From positions 58,917 to 122,916 of the forward strand of contig CAZXOE010000001.1 of the NCBI GenBank assembly GCA_964642305.1: a stretch of 64,000 nucleotides of DNA. Reading direction: 5' to 3'. Origin of the DNA: an uncultured Candidatus Saccharibacteria bacterium. GTDB taxonomy: Bacteria; Patescibacteriota; Minisyncoccia; Phycocordibacterales; UBA1550. Below, one piece after another: positions 1 through 8,259 of this stretch (position 1 is the first letter of the stretch; every line of letters starts with the position of its first letter). Below the pieces are notes generated by a model. The model made no database searches, was not told where the DNA came from, and saw only the letters and a program-made list of their open reading frames with translations. The translations under genes were made by a program, and so were the position numbers.

Positions 1-349
1 ATGTTGATGGAATGACGGCTTTGAGCATGCCACTGGTGTCAAGGAGCAGTACATCATCTATATACGGGAGCATAGCTGTGGGTCCAGACAGATTTTTAGC
101 AACTTCATCCCATTGTCCGTTTCCCATTGCCTGATAGACCATGGCGCGCGAAGCAAGAGATGTTCCAACATCAATGATACTGTCAAATTTTTCATGAATG
201 AGCATCGCTCCCAGTTTTGCAATAGAATCTCTGCGTTCCAGAGCAACCCGTGTTTGGTGTTCAAACTCACTATTAACCAAATATGCTCCAATCAAAGAGA
301 ACGGAAATGCCACAAGTATCAGCGAGGTGAATAATGGTGATCTTTTCAT
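1..349 (-). CDS. N-terminal fragment of a membrane sensor protein (TM helix + extracytoplasmic sensing region); gene continues beyond window start
   Basis: Reverse-strand ATG at 349 opens an uninterrupted frame down to position 1 (MKRSPLFTSLILVAFPFSLIGAYLVNSEFEHQTRVALERRDSIAKLGAML...). A hydrophobic helix is followed by a region resembling the sensing domains of the kinases at 519 and 40660. Absent from the ORF track because no stop lies inside the window. Confidence 0.45.
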   Translation of the reverse strand, partial: MKRSPLFTSLILVAFPFSLIGAYLVNSEFEHQTRVALERRDSIAKLGAMLIHEKFDSIIDVGTSLASRAMVYQAMGNGQWDEVAKNLSGPTAMLPYIDDVLLLDTSGMLKAVIPST

Positions 350-518
350 TTCATTTTCTTATAACAAACACTGATGCCTCAACCGCAGCGACACCAGTGT
401 GTTTTCTTTCATTGTTAATATGTCTATAATTGTACACTCATTGCATACTATATAGTAGTGTGTTTATCCACAGTTATATTATTATCTATTCTTCTTCATT
501 AGGTGTAAAATATAATTA

Positions 519-2858
519 ATGAAACTTCGCACAAAATCTATTTTATTTTTTGGAACATTCCTTTTTGTTATAGCGCTTTGCGTTTCTTTTTATGCGCAGT
601 ACGTAGTGGGGAATATTTTTAAGCGCCAAGCAGTGAGCAATCTACGCATTATTGCCGAGCAGAGCGAGAGCGCGTATCTTGCTTTTTTGGGAACAATGAA
701 AACGCGTGTAATAGACTGGACATCAGACACAGGTATGCGAAATATGGCAAAGGCTGTGATGAACGCTCCAAAGGATTCAATTGAAAGGAACAAGGCCTCA
801 AAGGAATTTGGAGATTACGTGTTAAACAAAAAAATGCCTTTTGATGAGACCATCATCATCACAGATCTCCTTGATAAGGATGGAGTTGTTATAGCCTCCT
901 CAAAAAACGAACGCATCGGAAAAAACGAATTGGAGGAGGAAACTGAGCACGGGAAAGTGCATAACATAGAGGACACGCTTAACTCAAAATTTGGCGAGGC
1001 TTTTTTTGGTACGATTGTTCTTGGCGGAGATGAGTATGAAAACCCAACATTCAATGTAACAGTAAGATTTTTTGAGCCAGACGCTCTCGGTGTGAGGGAG
1101 CCACTTGATCTAGTGCTTCTTGTATATTATTCAAATGTTATGCAGATTGCTGAAGTTCTCGGTTCTGGAATTGGCGCCTATGCAGGACTGCCAACTTTTA
1201 TGGGAAGGCTTACGCAGGCCGCGCACCTCGATGAATACGAAACATCAGAGCTTTACTTGGTAAATAATGACAGATATATGGTCACACCATCGCGCTCGGT
1301 GCGAGATGTAACAGTGAAACAAAAGGTTGACACATTGCCAGTACGTGAATGCCTAGAAAATGGAAATGAAATAAATGAGGAATACGACAACTATCTAGGT
1401 GTACGCGTGCTGGGGGCATCAATGTGCTTCCAAGATGAAGGCGTTGTTGTTTTGGTTGAAATTGAAAAAGAAGAAATTTTCGCGCCAATAACAACACTTA
1501 TTCAATCAACCATAATAGGTCTTGCCATCGCCATTATACTAGGATTAGCGATAATTACTTTTTTTATTCGACGCCCGCTTGAGCGCATCAACAATGTCGT
1601 TTTAGTTGCAAAACAGGTTTCAAAGGGCGACATGAACGCGCAGGTAGCAACAGAAGAAAAAGACGAAATAGGGTATCTTGCTACCTCTTTCAACGCAATG
1701 ATTGCGACAATTCGCAATTCACAAAAAGAACTTCGCGCGTCAAAGCACATAGTTGAGAAAGAAAAAGCAAAGGACGAGGCGCTCCTTGCAAGTTTGGGTG
1801 AAGGAATGATTGCCACCGACAAATCGGGGAATATTATCGCAATAAACCGCATGGCAGAAAATATGCTTGATATAACCTCTGCAGAGGTTATCGGGAAAAA
1901 GGCAGTTGATGTAGTGGACGCATTGGACGAAAATGGAGAAGAAATCCCGCCTGAACAACGCTCGTTTTCGTTGGCAACGACAGAGGGGTCAGCAACATCG
2001 GGAACACTGCAATATCGGCGAAAAAACGACGGCTACTTTCCAGTGGCTGTTACCACAACCCCTGTTTTGCTTGAAGAGAAAGTTATTGGCTCCATTAACA
2101 TATTCCGCGACATCACAAGAGAAAAAGAATTGGAAAAAACTCGGATGGACCTTCTTTCACTTGCTTCACACCAGCTACGCACTCCACTCTCTGGCACAAA
2201 GTGGCTCATTGAAACATTAAAAAAAGGTATCCACGGACCTCTCACAGAAGGACAAACAGAGTACATAGATGAACTTTATAAAATTAACGAGCGTATGACT
2301 GGGCTTGTGCATGATATGCTCGGTGTGCTTCGCATGGAAGGAGGCGACACAAAAATAAAAACTGAAAATGTTTCAGTAAAAGCGCTTTTTGCAGATATTT
2401 TTGAAACCGTGCGTGGAGTTGCCGAAAGTAAACATATAAATATAAAGGATTCAATTAGCGAGGATTATAATATAGTAACAGATCCTGTTCTTCTACGAAA
2501 TATTCTTGAAAGTTTGGTTGGTAATGCGATAAATTATTCAAAGTCTGGGAGCGATGTTGAGGTCTTAATTGAGCAAAAACCGTCAGAAATAGTATTCGCC
2601 GTAAAAGATTACGGCATCGGGATTCCAAAAGCAGAACAGAGGCAAATTTTTGAGCGATTCTATCGCGCATCAAACGCAAAAACTTATGATACTCGTGGAA
2701 GCGGCCTCGGGCTGTACATAGCCGCGATGCTCGCAAAGAAAATCGGGGCACGCCTTTCATTTGAATCCGAAGAAGGCAAAGGTTCCACATTTTATGTGCA
2801 CCTTCCTTCTCCACAGGAGGGGGTATTGCCAGGGAATACTACTAGTGTATATAACTAG
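519..2858 (+). CDS. sensor histidine kinase (TM, HAMP, PAS, HisKA, HATPase_c)
   Basis: N-terminal TM helix and large extracytoplasmic region; second TM + HAMP (RPLERINNVVLVAKQVSKGDMNAQV); PAS (GEGMIATDKSGNIIAINRMAENML); H-box LASHQLRTPLSG; ATP-binding G-boxes (DYGIGIP, GSGLGLYIAAMLA). Confidence 0.9.
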   Translation: MKLRTKSILFFGTFLFVIALCVSFYAQYVVGNIFKRQAVSNLRIIAEQSESAYLAFLGTMKTRVIDWTSDTGMRNMAKAVMNAPKDSIERNKASKEFGDYVLNKKMPFDETIIITDLLDKDGVVIASSKNERIGKNELEEETEHGKVHNIEDTLNSKFGEAFFGTIVLGGDEYENPTFNVTVRFFEPDALGVREPLDLVLLVYYSNVMQIAEVLGSGIGAYAGLPTFMGRLTQAAHLDEYETSELYLVNNDRYMVTPSRSVRDVTVKQKVDTLPVRECLENGNEINEEYDNYLGVRVLGASMCFQDEGVVVLVEIEKEEIFAPITTLIQSTIIGLAIAIILGLAIITFFIRRPLERINNVVLVAKQVSKGDMNAQVATEEKDEIGYLATSFNAMIATIRNSQKELRASKHIVEKEKAKDEALLASLGEGMIATDKSGNIIAINRMAENMLDITSAEVIGKKAVDVVDALDENGEEIPPEQRSFSLATTEGSATSGTLQYRRKNDGYFPVAVTTTPVLLEEKVIGSINIFRDITREKELEKTRMDLLSLASHQLRTPLSGTKWLIETLKKGIHGPLTEGQTEYIDELYKINERMTGLVHDMLGVLRMEGGDTKIKTENVSVKALFADIFETVRGVAESKHINIKDSISEDYNIVTDPVLLRNILESLVGNAINYSKSGSDVEVLIEQKPSEIVFAVKDYGIGIPKAEQRQIFERFYRASNAKTYDTRGSGLGLYIAAMLAKKIGARLSFESEEGKGSTFYVHLPSPQEGVLPGNTTSVYN

Positions 2859-2971
2859 GTACAATATACACTGCGTTCGTTCGGAAATTCAAATAAAAAA
2901 TGGAAATACCCATTTTATTTGATTTCTCTCACTCACTTGTGTATAATTAAAACACATAACCTTAATATATT

Positions 2972-3364
2972 ATGAACCACGTATTAGTTGTTGAAGATGA
3001 AGATTTCTTGGTTAGGGCGCTAAAGGATAACCTAATTTCAGAAGGGCACAGTGTGTCTGTTGCCACCGACGGTGAGCAAGTTTTTGAGGAGCTAAGAAAA
3101 AAGACACCGAGCCTTATTTTGCTTGACCTTTTACTACCAAAGAAAAACGGGTTTGATGTGCTGAAGGAAATTCGCCAAAGCCCTGAGTGGCAATTAATTC
3201 CAGTAGTAATACTCTCTAATCTCGGCGAGGACTCTGAAATAAAGCGCGCGCTAGAACTAGGCGCAAACGATTACTTCGTAAAGTCACAGCACCCTATTCA
3301 GGAGGTTGTTGAGAAAGTGCGCGAATATTTGCAGGGTAAAGGTTCGACGAAGGCAGGTTTGTAA
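2972..3364 (+). CDS. single-domain response regulator (CheY-like receiver)
   Basis: VLVVEDEDF, phospho-acceptor Asp in LILLDLLLP, conserved T/S and K (VVILSNLG, GANDYFVK). 130 aa, no output domain. Highly similar to the receiver at 39884..40261. Confidence 0.9.
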   Translation: MNHVLVVEDEDFLVRALKDNLISEGHSVSVATDGEQVFEELRKKTPSLILLDLLLPKKNGFDVLKEIRQSPEWQLIPVVILSNLGEDSEIKRALELGANDYFVKSQHPIQEVVEKVREYLQGKGSTKAGL

Positions 3365-3369
3365 AAATA

Positions 3370-3408
3370 GAGGAATGGGGCGAGGGCAAAGCCCTCGCCC
3401 CATTCCTC
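3370..3408 (+). terminator. perfect 18-bp stem-loop (GAGGAATGGGGCGAGGGC aaa GCCCTCGCCCCATTCCTC) right after the receiver gene
   Basis: Perfect inverted repeat seen directly. The downstream T-run is weak (TTGCATAC), so it may be a terminator or an attenuator. Confidence 0.45.
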
Positions 3409-3449
3409 TTGCATACAAGAACCTTCGCAATGTATACTTACATTTAAGT

Positions 3450-6029
3450 ATGCTCTCCTTTTTATCAAAACGAACCACAAAATTTGTTGCTGTCGTTTTT
3501 ATTGTAGTAGGGTTTTTTATTGCTCAAAACATTTCTATTGCCGCAACAGAAACCAGATGGGCAAGCTCGCACATTACAGGTACTTTTACTAACCCAAATA
3601 ATGCGCTTGGCGTGACTAACGGGGTCTGGGCTGGGCAGTTAAATACCAATACGAATCAAACATCGAGGTGGGCAATGGAAAACCCATCGACGTCAATCAC
3701 TGGTACACAAACTATTAATGTCATTGCTCGTAAAGGCTCCAACTCTGCCAATCCTACTATTGCAATCAACCTTTATGAAAATGGGTCGCTAATTCAGTCG
3801 GTTGCTGGAGCAACCTCTATCACCTCTACAACAGGGCAAACCGTTTCTGGAACATTTGACGCTTCAGTAATTACCACACCGGCCAACGTAGAAATCGAGG
3901 TCGTAGGGACTGGCGTAGGAGGAAATGCTTCAACAAGAAACTCAGCTCAAATTGACTCTATAGAGTGGGTTGTAAACCTTGCTCCTACTCCTGTTGTCCC
4001 CACTGTCACCACTCCCACTGTGACATCCATCACCACCACGGGCGCGACACTCGGAGCCAATGTGACATCGCTCGGAATCCCGGCTTCCATCTCGGCGCGC
4101 GGAACTTGCTGGGGAACATCTCCTGCGCCAACAACAAACTGCCTCGTTGCGGGAGGTACTACGACGGGTGTGTTCACGCATGCGAGAACAGGGATGAGCC
4201 CAGGTACCTTTTACTACTACCGTGGCTACGCGACAAACTCCACTGGCACAGGATATTCAGCTGACGGAACATTCACAACAACTGCCAGCGCTTCCGGCTC
4301 AGTCTCCGCATCCCCAAACACCTGTACCATTTCTTCTGGCGCAAGTACGTGTACAGTGCCTTTTACATGGAGCATATCCAACGCAACCTCGCCAAATCTT
4401 TACAACTCCACAACAGCTAACACATATTCAACATCTGCGTCTGGCACGGGGGTTTCGTATCCAATTACAAATGGAGTGAATACTGTGCAAGTGAGAGACA
4501 GCAGCACGGTACTCAACTCAACAACAGCGACGGGAAGTTGTATCACGGGGACGACATGGAACGGGAGTATCTGCGCAGTTGTTGTTATTTATTACGACAT
4601 CTTCGCATCTTCAGGCGCAAACGGAAGTGTCACACCTACCGCCACCACGTCTGTTGCGCAGGGCGGGTCTCAAATTTATTCTATTACTCCTAGCTCTGGA
4701 TACGAGGTCTCGACACTGCTAATAGACAGTAGCCCTATTACAGCATCAACAACCTACACATTCACAAATGTGCAGGCAAACCACACCATCAGCGCGACAT
4801 TCAGTCTCCTGCCTGTCACACACACTATCACTTCGAGCGCAGGTTCAAACGGAACCATTAGCCCGCTCGGAGCCACAGTAGTCGCAGACGGCGCGAATCA
4901 AACATTCAACATTATTCCTGATAGTGGTTTTTATATTTCTACACTAGTGGTTGACGGTAGCGGAATTGCAACATCTACTTCGCACACATTCACAAATGTC
5001 ACGGCAAATCACACGATTTCCGCGACATTCGCTCTTATACCTCCCCCGTCTGGCTCTTTCACAATCATTGCAAACCAAAACCCAAACGGCACAGTGGCGC
5101 CAAGTGGTTCAACTGTTGTGACAGAGGGGTCATCGCAAACATACACAATCACTCCAAGCTCCGGATACGACGTCGGATCAATCATTATTGACAGCACTCC
5201 CCTTTCTTCAACATCCACAAGCTACACATTTACAAACGTCACTGCCGACCACACCATAGAGGCTACATTCACAGCCTTGCCTGGAGCCACTCCAATAATC
5301 AGAGTCCGTAGGCTCGCAAGCATAACATTCCAAGGAAAAGCATTTCCAGAGGGTAAAATTTCTATTGTTCAAAAATCTATTGAAACAGAAACGATCACAG
5401 ACCGCGAAGAAAGAACAGACGCTACAGGATTTTTCCAAATAAGATTCACCGACCTTCAAACTGGCGCGCACAGCTTTGGGTTGCTTATTAAGGATCCGGA
5501 CGGCAGAACATCTCAAACAAAATTCTTTGTTGTTGATGTGAGCAGGGGTGACGAAATTTTTAAGGACATAGTCGCTCCACCTACTGTTGATATTCTGAAC
5601 GGTCAGGTATCAAGGGGTGGAAATCTAAAGGTTTTTGGTTATGCATCACCAAGCCATACCATTCGTGTATATATTAATGATATACTGTCTAAAGAGGCGC
5701 TTGCTGGGCGCGGAGGGGTGTACTCTTTTGACATACCTACAGGAGCGTTGCCATTTGGACAGCACAAGGTTAGGGTAAAACAAATTAACCTTGATGGTGG
5801 GAAGGAAAGCGATTTTTCAACAGAAAGAACATTTATGGTTTCAAAGCTCACGGTTGTGAAAGCCGACTTCTCAGGCGATGGTAAAATTGATATCAGGGAT
5901 TGGAGTATCTTTCTCGCTCGCTGGGGCGCAAAAAACTCCCTAGGAAGAGAGAGCATTGATCTTAACAGCGATGGGAAGATTGATATATCAGACTTTAGCA
6001 TATTCATTAAAACAATTAGAAAAAAATAA
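3450..6029 (+). CDS. large secreted Thr/Ser-rich surface protein with Fn3-like region, three InlB-B-repeat-like Ig domains, Big-like domains and a C-terminal type-I dockerin
   Basis: ORF-track start at 3306 overlaps the receiver gene. The ATG at 3450 (MLSFLSKRTTKFVAVVFIVVGFF) gives a signal/anchor peptide. Three ~65-aa repeats end in YTFTNV(T/Q)A(N/D)HTI(S/E)ATF. The C-terminus DFSGDGKIDIRDWSIFLARW...DLNSDGKIDISDFSIFIKTI is two calcium-loop dockerin segments (D-x-N/S-x-D-G-K-I-D-x-x-D). Confidence 0.8.
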   Translation: MLSFLSKRTTKFVAVVFIVVGFFIAQNISIAATETRWASSHITGTFTNPNNALGVTNGVWAGQLNTNTNQTSRWAMENPSTSITGTQTINVIARKGSNSANPTIAINLYENGSLIQSVAGATSITSTTGQTVSGTFDASVITTPANVEIEVVGTGVGGNASTRNSAQIDSIEWVVNLAPTPVVPTVTTPTVTSITTTGATLGANVTSLGIPASISARGTCWGTSPAPTTNCLVAGGTTTGVFTHARTGMSPGTFYYYRGYATNSTGTGYSADGTFTTTASASGSVSASPNTCTISSGASTCTVPFTWSISNATSPNLYNSTTANTYSTSASGTGVSYPITNGVNTVQVRDSSTVLNSTTATGSCITGTTWNGSICAVVVIYYDIFASSGANGSVTPTATTSVAQGGSQIYSITPSSGYEVSTLLIDSSPITASTTYTFTNVQANHTISATFSLLPVTHTITSSAGSNGTISPLGATVVADGANQTFNIIPDSGFYISTLVVDGSGIATSTSHTFTNVTANHTISATFALIPPPSGSFTIIANQNPNGTVAPSGSTVVTEGSSQTYTITPSSGYDVGSIIIDSTPLSSTSTSYTFTNVTADHTIEATFTALPGATPIIRVRRLASITFQGKAFPEGKISIVQKSIETETITDREERTDATGFFQIRFTDLQTGAHSFGLLIKDPDGRTSQTKFFVVDVSRGDEIFKDIVAPPTVDILNGQVSRGGNLKVFGYASPSHTIRVYINDILSKEALAGRGGVYSFDIPTGALPFGQHKVRVKQINLDGGKESDFSTERTFMVSKLTVVKADFSGDGKIDIRDWSIFLARWGAKNSLGRESIDLNSDGKIDISDFSIFIKTIRKK

Positions 6030-6030
6030 A

Positions 6031-7701
6031 ATGTTACGAATACCACTTACAATCATATTAGGAGTTATCTTATTTTTTGCAGGCACAGCTCAAGCTGCCA
6101 CACTTTTTTTTACGCCTGGAACCGGCGAATTTGGTCTAGACAAAGAAATCGTTGTTGATTTAAAAATTGACAGCGAGAGTGTGGGTGTGAACGCGGGCCA
6201 GGCAACGATCCGCTTTCCAAAGGAAATGCTTGAAGTAAAGTCCGTGGATAAAACAGACTCTGTATTCAACTTTTGGCTTGAAGAACCGTCATTTTCAAAC
6301 ACTGACGGCGTGATAACATTTGTTGGCGGGACTCCATACGGCATTTCTGGGGCATCTATCAATGTTCTTCGTATTACTTTTACAACAAAAAGCACTGGTA
6401 CTGCCGTGCTATCATTTGCAGATAGCGCTGTTACAGCGTCCGACGGAAGCGGAACCAATGTGTTGTCCAAATCAAAAGAGGCTGGATTCACAATTACGGG
6501 AGAAACTGTTCCTCCCGTGATCACGCCTCCAACACAAATCAAAAGGGAACCAGCGCCTGCAGTCGGATTGCCAGCAAAACCTGTAGTAAGCGTGTCACTT
6601 TATTCCAACCCAGCGGAATGGTATGGTCATTCCAATGCCTTCACCACAACATGGGCGCTTCCATTAGATGTTTCTTATGTGGCTACTGCTCTAAATAAAC
6701 AACCAAATTATACTCCATCTGTAAAAGAGGGACTCTTTGACAACAAGATGTATCAAGCGCTTTCTGACGGTATTTGGTATCTTCATGTGCGGTTCCAAAA
6801 CGACATTGGATGGGGTCCCACCACCCACTACCGCCTGGCAGTGGACACAAAAACTCCGCTTCCTTTTGAGATTACCTCAAACGAAAGTGAAACAACTGAT
6901 AATCCAACACCAGAGTTTGTTTTTAAAACAAACGACGCTCTGTCTGGTATGCGTGAATATAGAGCGCGAGTTGACAACGAAAACTGGATAACAATTCCCG
7001 CAAAGGACTTCAAGGGGTCATACAAGCTAGCACCACAAAATCCGGGAAAACACCATTTAACAATCCGAGCGGTAGACAACGCAGGTAATAGTATAGAAAA
7101 TACATTTGACTACGAAACGATTCCGCTCGCATTGCCAACCTTTACTTTTGTTACTGACAAACTTTTCTCGGACACCACGGCAGGATTGTCATTCAATGGA
7201 ACAGCGTTGCCATCCACTGAAATACTCTTTGTGCTTAAAAAAGGAGATGCTGTTATTACAAACAACACGATAAAGGTAGACAGTAGCGGTAACTGGGCGT
7301 TCACATATGGCGAGTCACTCCGCAATGGTCGCTACATTGCAACAATTCAAAACATGGACGCTCGCGGAGCGCTTTCACTTATTATCATGGCGCCGGAGAT
7401 TGTAGTTACAGGAAGGTACACCACTGCAGTAACAACCTTAGTTATCATACTTATTGGCGCGCTTTTTGGAGGGTTTTGGTTTTATGAGCGACGTCGTGAG
7501 CGAACAAAACTTCGCATTCAAGTAGCAGAGAGAGACGCTGCAAATGTATTTAACATGATTAAGACTGACGTTGAAAAACTTGAGGACGCGCAGAAAACGT
7601 CTACTCCCGCTGATGATCAGTTCATTGCAGACAAACTGAAAAAGAACGTAGATAAAATGGGTTCGTATGTGAAGGACACGATTGGCAGGGCGAGGGAGTA
7701 G
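6031..7701 (+). CDS. cell-surface protein with N-terminal cohesin-like domain, signal peptide and C-terminal TM anchor
   Basis: ATG at 6031 (MLRIPLTIILGVILFFAGTAQA) is 2 nt after the upstream stop. Residues ~30-150 (GEFGLDKEIVVDLKIDSESVGVNAGQATIRFPKEMLEVKSV...DGVITFVGGTPYGISGASINVLRITFTTKSTGTAVLSF) match the cohesin beta-sandwich pattern. C-terminal hydrophobic helix AVTTLVIILIGALFGGFWFY precedes a charged tail. Confidence 0.75.
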   Translation: MLRIPLTIILGVILFFAGTAQAATLFFTPGTGEFGLDKEIVVDLKIDSESVGVNAGQATIRFPKEMLEVKSVDKTDSVFNFWLEEPSFSNTDGVITFVGGTPYGISGASINVLRITFTTKSTGTAVLSFADSAVTASDGSGTNVLSKSKEAGFTITGETVPPVITPPTQIKREPAPAVGLPAKPVVSVSLYSNPAEWYGHSNAFTTTWALPLDVSYVATALNKQPNYTPSVKEGLFDNKMYQALSDGIWYLHVRFQNDIGWGPTTHYRLAVDTKTPLPFEITSNESETTDNPTPEFVFKTNDALSGMREYRARVDNENWITIPAKDFKGSYKLAPQNPGKHHLTIRAVDNAGNSIENTFDYETIPLALPTFTFVTDKLFSDTTAGLSFNGTALPSTEILFVLKKGDAVITNNTIKVDSSGNWAFTYGESLRNGRYIATIQNMDARGALSLIIMAPEIVVTGRYTTAVTTLVIILIGALFGGFWFYERRRERTKLRIQVAERDAANVFNMIKTDVEKLEDAQKTSTPADDQFIADKLKKNVDKMGSYVKDTIGRARE

Positions 7702-7757
7702 TTGCGACAAAGTCGCACATGTGACAATTAACAATTGACATTTGACTTGAATACAAA

Positions 7758-7790
7758 AGAGAGGGTTTGCGCGAAGCGCAAACCCTCTCT
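7758..7790. terminator. bidirectional hairpin (AGAGAGGGTTTGCGC gaa GCGCAAACCCTCTCT) between convergent cohesin and SET genes
   Basis: Perfect 15-bp inverted repeat followed by TTTGTCAGTTGTTAGTTGTTTTTCC on +. An A-rich tract precedes it on +, which reads as T-rich for the minus-strand gene. Confidence 0.55.
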
Positions 7791-7793
7791 TTG

Positions 7794-8210
7794 TCAGTTG
7801 TTAGTTGTTTTTCCACACGGCTCGCACCTGCATCCATACGGCTTGATATACTCATCAAAGTACTCCTCGCCATAGTCATAGTTGAGCTCCTCCCCTGCTT
7901 CTATTCGTTTTATTGATTTTATAAACACACGCCCTCCTATAATATCCACCTCGCAGTTTGGCTTGCAGGAGTGGTTTATATACCTCGCAGTGTTTGAGCG
8001 CGCGCTGCCGTCAATCATTCTTACAGCGCTTGTTTCAAACAAATACTTATTCTCCGGGTACTCTTCAACCTCTTTTCTCCCGTTTATAAGCTTGCCAACG
8101 TATTCAATAATCCAAGTTCCTCGTTTAATAGGTTCCTCGGCAAAGAGCCCAAGCCCAGCTTTTGACTTCTTTACTTTGTATTTAACATTCCCTATTTTTG
8201 GAATTGGCAT
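7794..8210 (-). CDS. SET-domain protein (putative protein-lysine methyltransferase) with post-SET Cys cluster
   Basis: GLGLFA (GxG), RYINHSCKPNCEV (NHSCxPN), EELNYDYG (ELxxDY), and CRCEPCGK post-SET. 138 aa. Confidence 0.85.
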   Translation of the reverse strand: MPIPKIGNVKYKVKKSKAGLGLFAEEPIKRGTWIIEYVGKLINGRKEVEEYPENKYLFETSAVRMIDGSARSNTARYINHSCKPNCEVDIIGGRVFIKSIKRIEAGEELNYDYGEEYFDEYIKPYGCRCEPCGKTTNN

Positions 8211-8259
8211 AATTAGTCAGCATTGTACCAAAAGTCTAATATGAAGTAAACTAGAGGAA

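Noticed and set aside
3306-3449. ORF-track N-terminal extension of the dockerin protein (MLRKCANICRVKVRRR...)
   Set aside because: Overlaps the end of the receiver gene and runs through the 18-bp terminator hairpin. The ATG at 3450 gives a proper signal peptide.
5956-6030. ORF-track N-terminal extension of the cohesin-like protein
   Set aside because: Overlaps the 3' end of the upstream gene. The ATG at 6031 immediately precedes a canonical signal peptide.
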